Shown piece after piece: positions 18,885 to 26,739 of a DNA stretch of 64,000 nt (position 1 is the stretch's first letter; every line of letters begins with the position of its first letter). Below the pieces are notes generated by a model that made no database searches, was not told the origin of the DNA, and saw nothing but the letters and a program-made list of their open reading frames with translations. The position numbers were made by a program, and so were the translations under genes. The DNA lies in assembly GCA_022711115.1 (NCBI GenBank), contig JAKLFP010000003.1:73199-137198 (forward strand), written 5' to 3'. This DNA is from Candidatus Omnitrophota bacterium (GTDB lineage Bacteria > Omnitrophota > Omnitrophia > Omnitrophales > Aquincolibacteriaceae).

Positions 18885-18910
18885 CTGTTTGCCGTTTAAA
18901 CCCAGCCGCT

Positions 18911-19429
18911 TTAGGCCGGCTGAACGGACGTTTCCACCGGCATCGGTTCGGCTTCCGGGCTCTGGAGAGCCGCTGCGACACCCTCGACGGACGACTCGAG
19001 GATCGACAGCGCCTTCCTGGAACTCGGGATGAAGCTCCCTTCGCCGCCCTTGAAAGCGTACGAGATCCGAACGATGCGGTTTTTGGGGCCCCGCACTTTC
19101 GAGATCTGGTACTGCTCGGTTTCCGAAACCGCGACCGCGCTCACGAACGCCGTCTCGCAGTTTTTGCCTTCGGACGGCTCGGGAATCTCGGCGGCGTTTT
19201 TCGCCGCGAGGAGAGCCGCCGCGATTTCGCGGCGGAGCCGGGCAAGGACGTTCACGCCTTCCCGGGTCTTCCTGAGTTTCCCGTCCTTCGTGTAATACAC
19301 GCGGAGGTCGAGAAAGTGTTTGCCTTCCTTGCCCGTCCACGCGGAAACGCGGTAGATATCGTTCCCGTTCCGCGGAACGTCCGCGATGATCTTGTTTTCG
19401 TTTTTGCTGATTTCCTTTTGAGTTTCCAT
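18911..19429 (-). CDS. PC4/YdbC-like putative ssDNA-binding protein (172 aa)
   Basis: DIYRVSAWTGKEGKHFLDLRVYYTKDGKLRKTREGVNV matches the PC4-like core. RBS AAAGGAGAAAC. The overlapping 252-aa Arg-rich frame is judged spurious. Confidence 0.45.
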   Translation of the reverse strand: METQKEISKNENKIIADVPRNGNDIYRVSAWTGKEGKHFLDLRVYYTKDGKLRKTREGVNVLARLRREIAAALLAAKNAAEIPEPSEGKNCETAFVSAVAVSETEQYQISKVRGPKNRIVRISYAFKGGEGSFIPSSRKALSILESSVEGVAAALQSPEAEPMPVETSVQPA

Positions 19430-19514
19430 TGTCTTGTTTCTCCTTTTTTGATTTTTGAATTGGATTTTTCCTGCTATTCAAATGCCTCGTTTTTCCTGGG
19501 TTTCACCTCCCTTT

Positions 19515-19557
19515 CGAAAATAAAAAGGAGAAGCGGGTCGAAATGACCGGCTTCTCC
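19515..19557 (-). terminator. rho-independent terminator after PC4-like gene 19580-20083
   Basis: Minus-strand stem ggagaagccgg/ccggcttctcc followed by TTTTTATTTTCG. Similar in sequence to the 18831-18884 terminator. Confidence 0.6.
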
Positions 19558-19579
19558 GAAGTTGTCGTCCCCCGTTTTT

Positions 19580-20083
19580 TCAAAGAGAACGGGCGCGCTT
19601 GGCGCGTTCAAGGCCCGCGATCACCCGCTCGATCAACCGCATCTCGATCACGGTCCCTTTCCTGTAATACGGGCTCCACTTCCGGCCTACGTTCAGCATC
19701 ATCCGCCTGAGCTCCACGAACTGCGCGTCCTTCTTGCGGAGCTTGTAGAAGCGGTAGATGTCCCACTCCGAAATATAGAACTGCCAGGCGATGATTCTGT
19801 TTTCCTCCGCCCCGCACAAAGACCTCCTGGCAGGCGTATTCTTGGCGAGGGTAAGCCCTTCGATTACGTCCCCCAGAAGTTCCCTTTCGATCCAGAGGCC
19901 TTCGATCCTCGGGATCAAACGGGCGGGATCCTCGATCGCCCGGGCGAAAACCCTTAGGTCGACGTGCCTCATCCCGCGGTATTCCTTGTTGGAAATGCGG
20001 TAGATCTCCCGTTCGTTGATCGGGATATCGCAGATCACCTTCGTTTTGAAATCGTCGTTTCTCTTGTAATCCAGTCCAAGCAT
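19580..20083 (-). CDS. PC4/YdbC-like putative ssDNA-binding protein (167 aa)
   Basis: Start MLGLDYK at ATG 20083 with RBS AAAGGAG 7 nt upstream. EIYRISNKEYRGMRHVDLRVFAR aligns with the other two PC4-like genes. Confidence 0.45.
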   Translation of the reverse strand: MLGLDYKRNDDFKTKVICDIPINEREIYRISNKEYRGMRHVDLRVFARAIEDPARLIPRIEGLWIERELLGDVIEGLTLAKNTPARRSLCGAEENRIIAWQFYISEWDIYRFYKLRKKDAQFVELRRMMLNVGRKWSPYYRKGTVIEMRLIERVIAGLERAKRARSL

Positions 20084-20239
20084 TTGATGCTCCTTTCTTC
20101 GCTGAAAAAGCAAAAGGAGAGAAACGCAAACCGCGCGCATCTCTCCTTTGGTTGAAAACAAAATAAGCGGAGCACGCCAAACCGGCACGCTTCGCTTATT
20201 CGTCGGATTTACTTGAAGTTATGAAGCCCGAAACCGGGC

Positions 20240-22084
20240 CTAGACCGCTTTGTTTCTCGTGTTTTTCACCTCCTTCACGACCTCGAGCGGATTATCCGCC
20301 TTGACCGGGCCGAGTTTCTCTTTGAATTTTTCGAGAAGTTTCAGTTCTTCCACAAGCTCTTCGTCTTCGAAAATATCGGGGTTGTGGTTCGGCTTGAATT
20401 CGCCGCGATAAGCGGGGTGCCCGAAGAAATCGAGTTTCACGTAGTCGGTAAGAAGCGACGGACTTTTCCAGATCACGACCGCTTCCCCGCGCTTAAGGGC
20501 CCGGATAAGATCGGGCTCGATCCGGAAAGTCTGCCCCTCCCGGACCGAGCCGGTGCCGGTAAAGCCCTTGCCGAGGATCTTATCTTCCGTCTGATAAGTA
20601 GAAATCATGGTCGTGCGGGTGCCGCCGATCTTCGAGAATTTCTCGACCGAGATGGGGTCATCCTGCCTCAGAACGATCTTGATATTGGTATTTTCCATCA
20701 CCTGCTGTTGAAAGTTCGGAATGCCGCGGAAATAAAGATCCCCAAGCGACTGATGAAGGATCGTGACCGCAAAACCGCTCGCCCGGCATTTGTTGAGGAA
20801 ATCGATAAAATTAAGCTCCAAAAAACTCGAGGCATCGTCGATGAAAACCGGGAAGAAATGACGGCGGTGTTCCGGAATTTTGGCCTGGATGTGGCTGGAA
20901 ACGGCGCGGATATCCTGGATCACCATCCTCCCGAGACGGCGGGAGGTGTCCGCGTATTTCTGAAGATCGAGGGCGAAATAGCAGATCTGGTTTTTATTAT
21001 AGACCCTTAACAGATCGATTTCCGGACGGACCGTGTCCAGAAGGTCCGAAAACTCGCTCCGAGACGTGAGATAAAGGTCCGCCATGAGCCCGGAAAGGAA
21101 CTTCTGATTGTCTTTGAAGCTACTCACCATCTTTCCGATATCATCCTTGAGAACGGGATCCTGAGTCTCGTCGGAAAGCTTCGAGAGAGCGTCGACGTCC
21201 GTGAGATATGCGTGAAGATCCCGGAATCTCGTGCTTTTTTTCCGTTTCCGGGAAGCGATCGCGTTGAAAAGCGTAAGCGCGGCGCGCTCGGCCATCCTCC
21301 GGTAAAACTCCTCGCTCCAGACCATGCTGTTGATCAGTTTGTCTTTGAGTTCCGTGGGATTCCCCCTGAAAAGAGGGTTATAGGTATTGGATTTATCGGG
21401 ATGAGCCAGCGAGAAAAAGAAGAAGTCATCCCCGCGGTTTTTCTCTTTGACGATGTATTGGATCCGGTTTAGGAGCTCGAGATCCCCTTTCCCGTCGAGG
21501 ATAATAGCGCCTTTACCGCGTGCGATATCGTGGGCAAGCATGGGAAGGAGCACGGATTCGGTCTTTCCGGTCCCGGTGCTTCCCACCACTTCGCAGTGCA
21601 TTTGGCGCTGGTCGTTGGTGAGATAAAGAGGCTTGCCTCTCCTGAAACTTTCGCCGAGATAGACCTTGTGATAATCGGACGCGAGCCGGTTCCGGCGCAT
21701 GGTTCCCGGGGCAGGGTCGATTCTCCGGTCTTCGGACTTGAACTTCGAATCCTGAGTGAAATAGGCGAAAAGTATGAAAACGGGAAGCGTAGCGGCCGTG
21801 TAAACGCCGTAGAATAGCGCGAAGCGGATGCCGCCCTGCCAGTTCTGATTCACGAACCCATTCTGGAAAAGCAGGTTTATACCGTCAAGCAGCCGGCTTA
21901 AACCGAGGATCGCCCCTGCGGAAAACAGGACCGGGATGCCAAGCACCATTCTTTCGACCCGAGGTTTTCCGATCCTTGAAACGAGGAGTAAAAAACTCCG
22001 GGCGATCCCGAGCGGAACCGCGATGAATATTCCCGTGATCAATTTGACGAGAAACGGTTCTTGTCTTCCCGGAGGTTTTGTCAT
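20240..22084 (-). CDS. virD4: type IV coupling protein (VirD4/TraG/TraD family)
   Basis: N-terminal TM helices, Walker A VVGSTGTGKTESVLLP, ~610 aa, adjacent to the putative relaxase. Confidence 0.85.
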   Translation of the reverse strand: MTKPPGRQEPFLVKLITGIFIAVPLGIARSFLLLVSRIGKPRVERMVLGIPVLFSAGAILGLSRLLDGINLLFQNGFVNQNWQGGIRFALFYGVYTAATLPVFILFAYFTQDSKFKSEDRRIDPAPGTMRRNRLASDYHKVYLGESFRRGKPLYLTNDQRQMHCEVVGSTGTGKTESVLLPMLAHDIARGKGAIILDGKGDLELLNRIQYIVKEKNRGDDFFFFSLAHPDKSNTYNPLFRGNPTELKDKLINSMVWSEEFYRRMAERAALTLFNAIASRKRKKSTRFRDLHAYLTDVDALSKLSDETQDPVLKDDIGKMVSSFKDNQKFLSGLMADLYLTSRSEFSDLLDTVRPEIDLLRVYNKNQICYFALDLQKYADTSRRLGRMVIQDIRAVSSHIQAKIPEHRRHFFPVFIDDASSFLELNFIDFLNKCRASGFAVTILHQSLGDLYFRGIPNFQQQVMENTNIKIVLRQDDPISVEKFSKIGGTRTTMISTYQTEDKILGKGFTGTGSVREGQTFRIEPDLIRALKRGEAVVIWKSPSLLTDYVKLDFFGHPAYRGEFKPNHNPDIFEDEELVEELKLLEKFKEKLGPVKADNPLEVVKEVKNTRNKAV

Positions 22085-22090
22085 GACGCA

Positions 22091-22858
22091 TCATAGGATT
22101 TCGCAGAGAGCGAAGCTTGCCGCCTTGTTTTCAAATACAGCATCCCCTTTCTTTTGGGTAAGTTCACGGTAGGTCGTGATCCAGACCCGTTTCACGTCGT
22201 AATCCATGACGGTAACCAGCCAGTCTTTGACGTCTCCATCGATGATCAGGAACAAAAGCACGTAGTTCTCGTGCTGCCTGTAATAATTCAGCATAGCTTG
22301 ATACCGCACCATCTGCTTGGTTAACCCGAGATTTTCGAATTCGATGGCGATTCTTTTGCCGCCGATATTGAGAATCCCGTCGGGAACTTTCTTCAAATGA
22401 TCCCGGTCCCGCGCCACTCTTTCGCTGGTCCACGAATCGAGGCCGAGATCCCGGAAAAGAATCCTGAGATTCAGGACTTTTAGGTCATGGTCGATGCTCC
22501 GGTCGAACCATTCCGTCGGTTCATAAAGCATAAGCCCGGAATCGAGGCCGCGGTCCTGGAGAATCTTAAAAGACTTTGCGGTCACGAAATAAACGTCCAG
22601 GCTCTTTCTTGACGAGTAACCTTTGTCGAGAAAGCCGGAGCGAACAAGCCTTTCGACCCGTTTGTAGCAGGTTTTGGCCGAAACGGTCCGGTTCTTCCAA
22701 AAACCCTCCCGGATCTGGCTGTAAACGATATATCGGTGCTCATGCGCAAGCTTGAAAATCGCGATGTCCCGGGCCGTCAGATCAAGCGGATCTAAAGGCT
22801 TTGTTTCGTCCTCTTCCTCGAAATTCCCGGGTTGTGCGTTTTCTTCGCTCAAGATCAT
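22091..22858 (-). CDS. Replic_Relax-family protein (putative relaxase/mobilisation protein)
   Basis: N-terminal LTARDIAIFKLAHEHRYIVYSQIREGF...YKRVERLVRSGFL matches the winged-helix start of the replication-relaxation family (PF13814). It lies immediately upstream of virD4. Start uncertain (ATG 22858 or TTG 22891). Confidence 0.55.
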   Translation of the reverse strand: MILSEENAQPGNFEEEDETKPLDPLDLTARDIAIFKLAHEHRYIVYSQIREGFWKNRTVSAKTCYKRVERLVRSGFLDKGYSSRKSLDVYFVTAKSFKILQDRGLDSGLMLYEPTEWFDRSIDHDLKVLNLRILFRDLGLDSWTSERVARDRDHLKKVPDGILNIGGKRIAIEFENLGLTKQMVRYQAMLNYYRQHENYVLLFLIIDGDVKDWLVTVMDYDVKRVWITTYRELTQKKGDAVFENKAASFALCEIL

Positions 22859-22910
22859 CCTCCCGAAAGGTTTTCTTTCAGGATCTTTCAAGAGAAAGCG
22901 ATCCTGACCC

Positions 22911-22945
22911 GGAGGGAAAAGAGAATCCGAGTCTCTTTTCCCTCC
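22911..22945 (-). promoter_or_regulatory. perfect 14-bp-stem inverted repeat between gene 22959-23408 and the relaxase gene (oriT candidate / attenuator)
   Basis: ggagggaaaagaga atccgag tctcttttccctcc; no T-tract follows. Confidence 0.4.
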
Positions 22946-22958
22946 ATTGCATACCCGC

Positions 22959-23408
22959 TTAACGGCCCAAGCGGCCCGTCAGGCGCTCGGCAACTCCCAG
23001 CACATCGTGTACGAACCGGTTCTGCTCCCGCGTCATATCGACGCGGTAACGGTTCTGTTCGCGCAGAAGGCCGACTTGATCGGCGGGTTTTGACTGAATT
23101 ATCACCGGCTGATTTACATGGGGAATGACCGCCGGGCTCCGCGGGACCATAAAATCCGTAGAAGCTTCGGCCCGTCCTCCCGAGTATTTCAGCCATGTTC
23201 TCACGCCCTCATTGACCATCGTCACGAGTAAAAAGGACGCGAAAACAAGAATCGCAACGAACTTCGCTTTCGAAATCGCTTTCTTGCTTTCACGGCGCGG
23301 CATCTCGATGACTTGCACTGCCGCGTAACGTCTGAATCTCGAAACATCTCTGACGTTCGGAGACATCTCACGTCTTTTGCTCATCTCTAGAGTACTCATA
23401 TCGCTCAT
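22959..23408 (-). CDS. hypothetical membrane-anchored protein, first gene of mobilisation operon
   Basis: RBS AAAGGAGATG, one TM helix (FVAILVFASFLLVTMV), internal repeat REQNRYRVDMTREQNRFVHDV. The conserved 70-bp element lies 70-140 bp upstream. Confidence 0.4.
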   Translation of the reverse strand: MSDMSTLEMSKRREMSPNVRDVSRFRRYAAVQVIEMPRRESKKAISKAKFVAILVFASFLLVTMVNEGVRTWLKYSGGRAEASTDFMVPRSPAVIPHVNQPVIIQSKPADQVGLLREQNRYRVDMTREQNRFVHDVLGVAERLTGRLGR

Positions 23409-23477
23409 CTCCTTTTGGCTCTAACGCCGAATTACCTCCCAAGTCTAGGATTGGGTGTTTTTGTTTTTAATGCATCT

Positions 23478-23546
23478 CTCATATAGGGGTCAGAAACGGG
23501 CATTTTTTGACGAATCGGACGACACCTGCCCTCTAGAAATATTTTT
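23478..23546 (-). promoter_or_regulatory. ~70-bp conserved element, copy B, upstream of mobilisation operon
   Basis: ctcatataggggtcagaaacgggcattttttgacgaatcggacgacacctgccctctagaaatattttt; ~64/69 identical to copy A, with the same orientation relative to the downstream minus-strand genes. Confidence 0.5.
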
Positions 23547-23756
23547 AAAAGGGCTTTTTTTCTATTTCTCTGAATTTCGTTTTTGGGAAGTCGAGCCGGA
23601 TTTTAGCGCACCCAGGCACGGCTCTAACCATCCGACTACGGTCTCGAGTCTCATTTTCAAGACGAGAGAGCGTAGTCGGATGGTGGGTGGAGTTTGTCAC
23701 CAGTGGGGACCCAGAATAAGGCGTGCCGGGGTGCGGGAATCAAAACGACGGACATG

Positions 23757-24128
23757 TCAGGCGCAGCGCCCGCCGCCAAAGAGAATGGGAGGATTGGCGT
23801 TCGTGGCGAGGAATATGTAACGGCGGGTGTGACATTTCTTGCAGTAGCGACCGATCCCTTCGAAAATCTTCCGGTAAACCGAGCGGCAGGAAGGACACCG
23901 GTAAATGGCGATACTGATGTCGGGTCTCCCTTTGATGCCGTGCCATTCACCGTGCCGGAGCACCTGCGCGCATTTTACGCAGGTGATTTCAAGCTTGCCG
24001 GGCTCGATGGATCCCGTCGACACATCACACAAGAGCCGGCCGCAATCACAAGCGCACCGGACCTCGGCGATATCACTCTCACCATGCTCTTTCTGCGGCG
24101 GCAATCCCGCGTTTGGCTGCGTATCCAT
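23757..24128 (-). CDS. Cys-rich protein with Mu Com-like zinc finger plus second zinc ribbon
   Basis: EVRCACDCGRLLCDVSTGSIEPGKLEITCVKCAQV resembles the Com zinc finger (RCpnCgklL...g.ieIKCpRC), followed by YRCPSCRSV...YCKKCH. High GC and an overlapping plus-strand ORF make this uncertain. Confidence 0.4.
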   Translation of the reverse strand: MDTQPNAGLPPQKEHGESDIAEVRCACDCGRLLCDVSTGSIEPGKLEITCVKCAQVLRHGEWHGIKGRPDISIAIYRCPSCRSVYRKIFEGIGRYCKKCHTRRYIFLATNANPPILFGGGRCA

Positions 24129-24278
24129 AACTTGTAACTTTCATACCCGCCTTTCCTTGGATTTTTCGTCTGCCGGCCCAGACAAGCCTTCACTTTCTAA
24201 ATCACAAAAACAGCCAGATAATAAAAAACCCTGCAACAAATTAAATCGTACAAAAAAACCGTATATCGCACGCACTTT

Positions 24279-24306
24279 AATTTGTGACAGGGCTGGTATC
24301 ACAAAT
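24279..24306. promoter_or_regulatory. inverted repeat aatttgtga-N11-tcacaaat (operator-like)
   Basis: 8-bp arms containing TGTGA/TCACA half-sites, located ~90 bp downstream of the lacI-family gene and ~150 bp upstream of the Com-like ORF. Confidence 0.25.
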
Positions 24307-24387
24307 AAACCAAGTTATTGGCACCGCTTTACTGCTGGCTCTCCTCTGGCTTGGAAGCCAATTATTTAAAAAACATGAAACGATCGA

Positions 24388-25449
24388 TCAGGCGGTCTGC
24401 CGCGCTACGATCTCGGGAATATAACGGCGCTGGACCGCTTCTTCATCTCCGAACTCGATCTTGTCGATCACAAGACCCACGGCATCCTGTCCTATCTGAT
24501 AAAGAGGCTGCCTGACGGTCGTAAGGCTTGGGGAGATCACTTTCCCTTTTTCGATATCGTCGAAACCTATAAGCGCTACCTTCTCGGGACACCACATTTT
24601 GGCTTCCTTCAAAGCTTTTAATGCGCCAATCGCGATATCATCATTCCCGCAACAAATCGCCCGCGGTAAATTCCCCTGTTCGATCCATTCCTTCATCTTG
24701 TTGTAGGCGTCCGCTTCGCGGTAAGTGACGCATTCCCTGATCCATTGCGGTTTCAAAAGCAGTTTGTTCTCTTTGATCCCCTCTTGGAATCCTTTTAGTT
24801 TCTCTTCCGCGTCCACGCAATTCTGATGGAGTTCCTTGCCGTCGGTTTCGAAAACTGCGGCCCGAGGTCGGGCAAGATAACCGATTCGCTTGTACCCTCT
24901 CCCCGCAAGATAGGACACCGCCATTTTCATGCCTTCCCGAACATCGGTGTAAAGGATATTGGTTTTCAGATTACTGTCGAAATCGTTCATCACCACGAGC
25001 GGGAGATCCGGCAGGCAGTTTTCGATCAATTGGATCAAGTGCGGATTAAAGCGCCACGTGATAACGATCAGGCCGTCCACTCCGTATTCACCGAAAAGAT
25101 CCTCGGCGCGGGCGAGTTGCTTCTCTTTCATGCGGAAAAGCTTGAGGTCATGGCCAGTCCTGAAGATCTGGTCCACAATACCGGCCATGATCCCCATGTG
25201 GTAGCCGGAATGAATGATGTCTTTTGAAAGCGAAGTAAGTACCCCAATATTGTATTTGCGTAAAGCTCGCCGCAACCGCGCAAACGCCATGGGTTTATAG
25301 CCAAGCTTTTGGATCGCGAGCTCGATACGGGCACGAAGATCCGCCCTTACCGTATGCCGCGTCCTAGGAGACAAATAACGGGTTATAGTCGCCTGCGAGG
25401 TCTCGGCTTCCCGCGCCACATCCTGAATCGAAGGTCTTTCTTTGCTCAT
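24388..25449 (-). CDS. LacI/GalR-family transcriptional regulator
   Basis: N-terminal HTH SIQDVAREAETSQATITRYL plus a periplasmic-binding-protein-like sugar-binding core; 353 aa. Confidence 0.85.
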   Translation of the reverse strand: MSKERPSIQDVAREAETSQATITRYLSPRTRHTVRADLRARIELAIQKLGYKPMAFARLRRALRKYNIGVLTSLSKDIIHSGYHMGIMAGIVDQIFRTGHDLKLFRMKEKQLARAEDLFGEYGVDGLIVITWRFNPHLIQLIENCLPDLPLVVMNDFDSNLKTNILYTDVREGMKMAVSYLAGRGYKRIGYLARPRAAVFETDGKELHQNCVDAEEKLKGFQEGIKENKLLLKPQWIRECVTYREADAYNKMKEWIEQGNLPRAICCGNDDIAIGALKALKEAKMWCPEKVALIGFDDIEKGKVISPSLTTVRQPLYQIGQDAVGLVIDKIEFGDEEAVQRRYIPEIVARQTA

Positions 25450-25514
25450 TTAGTTTCCTTTCTTCGAGTAACGAATTACGAAAGAAAATATAACTGTAAA
25501 AGATTGGTATTACA

Positions 25515-25530
25515 ACCTGCTATAGCAGGT
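25515..25530. promoter_or_regulatory. perfect 16-bp palindrome ACCTGCTATAGCAGGT in divergent promoter region
   Basis: Located between the lacI-family start (25449) and the XRE gene start (25564). Confidence 0.35.
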
Positions 25531-25563
25531 AAATATGGGCTTTTCTCAGTCGAAACTAACCGC

Positions 25564-25854
25564 ATGAAAGTCACCACGAACGAGAAAATGGCGGAAAAAG
25601 CGATCGCAAAACAGTTTGGCAAGCTCGTGGCAGTGCTTCGGGTGAAAAAGCGATTCACCCAGGATGGGTTTGCCTATCACGCCGGAATAAACAGAAGCTA
25701 TTACGGAGAGATCGAGCGAGGAGAAGTTAGCGTCTCGGTCTACAAAGCCGATCTTATCGCAAAAGGGCTCAGCCTGGAACTCGGCGAGCTCATGGTTTTA
25801 TTGGATAAGGAACGGAAAAAAGAACCCGGAAAAGAACAACTGCCGGGGAAATAG
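25564..25854 (+). CDS. XRE-family helix-turn-helix regulator
   Basis: Start MKVTTNEK; LRVKKRFTQDGFAYHAGINRSYYGEIERGE is the HTH_XRE signature. The 85-codon upstream track extension is antisense to lacI. Confidence 0.6.
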   Translation: MKVTTNEKMAEKAIAKQFGKLVAVLRVKKRFTQDGFAYHAGINRSYYGEIERGEVSVSVYKADLIAKGLSLELGELMVLLDKERKKEPGKEQLPGK

Positions 25855-25905
25855 CCTTGGCATGCCGATTTTAAAGCAGACGGGAAGATAGTATGAGGGT
25901 TGTTT

Positions 25906-26277
25906 TTAGTCCGGCTGGCTGAGGATTTTGAAATCTTTTAGCTGCCTCGCCAAAAAATCCGGATGAAGAGGCTTGAAGATCGCCCCTTTGATATTAAGGG
26001 GCATGTGAGTCAATAGCTCCTCCCCTCCCATGATCACGATCGATATCTTCGGATCTAAAGAACGAACTCCTTCCAGCAACTTCCCATAACGAGCGCACTC
26101 GTCGACTTCGTATTTCATCAGCACGAGATCGGGGTTTTCCTTCTGGACGGCGGGAATCAAATCCTCGTCTTTATGCGCCCATACAATCTCACAGCGACCC
26201 TCCACCGCTCCCAAGACGAGACTAACGACTTCAGGGTCGTCAAAAACCAGCATCTTTTTAAGAGGGGCTTTATCCAT
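25906..26277 (-). CDS. receiver (REC)-domain protein, possibly degenerate
   Basis: KKMLVFDDPEVVSLVLGAVEG...PDLVLMK has a CheY-like layout, but Lys replaces the phospho-acceptor Asp. Confidence 0.45.
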   Translation of the reverse strand: MDKAPLKKMLVFDDPEVVSLVLGAVEGRCEIVWAHKDEDLIPAVQKENPDLVLMKYEVDECARYGKLLEGVRSLDPKISIVIMGGEELLTHMPLNIKGAIFKPLHPDFLARQLKDFKILSQPD

Positions 26278-26737
26278 GACAGAACGAAAAAACAGGCTGG
26301 AGAATCTTTAGGTCCGGAAGAGCGAAGTTTTTTGACGGTTTTCTTTTTTCGCGGCGTTTAGGGATTCTCTCATCAAGCCCGCAGGCGCAGCGTTCGAAAT
26401 AATGTGCAGGAAGCGATTCTATCTTGTCCAACGATAATTGGCTTACCTTCCTAAAACGGTAACCCGCCCGCTCGGCAGCCTCCGTGAATCGCCAGGTAGT
26501 GCCGTCGCAATCGCCGCAGGGAATCTGGGAATGGCGGTGCTTGAAAAGAAGAAGCCGGACGTTGCAATGGCAGTATTGAATGCATTCGACAGGAATCATT
26601 TGGAAAATATCGGGAGGGATATCCGTCATGTGCATCCCCTGACGGTCGAGCATCTTCTCAAGCCAGTAAGGCAAGACGTGTTTCATTCCCCGGCAATGTT
26701 CGCATACCTGGTCACGGCTGGTTGTTTCGTTTTTCAT
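26270..26737 (-). CDS. Cys/His-rich hypothetical protein
   Basis: Start MKNETTS at 26737, 2 nt after the stop of the XRE gene. Motifs CEHC, CIQYCHC, CGDCDG, CACG. Confidence 0.4.
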   Translation of the reverse strand: MKNETTSRDQVCEHCRGMKHVLPYWLEKMLDRQGMHMTDIPPDIFQMIPVECIQYCHCNVRLLLFKHRHSQIPCGDCDGTTWRFTEAAERAGYRFRKVSQLSLDKIESLPAHYFERCACGLDERIPKRREKRKPSKNFALPDLKILQPVFSFCHG

Positions 26738-26739
26738 GC

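Noticed and set aside
18723-19481. 252-aa Arg-rich ORF overlapping the PC4-like gene
   Set aside because: Low-complexity (R/G/P-rich) translation with no RBS, in a different frame from a well-supported gene with a strong RBS and PC4-like motif. Only its last 30 codons (18723-18815) have an independent RBS.
20084-20239. Hairpins between virD4 and the PC4-like gene as oriT
   Set aside because: The two stem-loops (aggagaga…tctctcct; aataagcg…cgcttatt) are followed by A/T runs on the transcribed strand and resemble the other intrinsic terminators in the locus. The hairpin upstream of the relaxase is a better oriT candidate.
23694-24137. 147-aa plus-strand ORF opposite the Com-like zinc-finger ORF
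   Set aside because: No RBS, Ala/Gly/Arg-rich composition typical of antisense frames in GC-rich DNA. The minus-strand frame has four regularly spaced CxxC pairs, which is very unlikely by chance.
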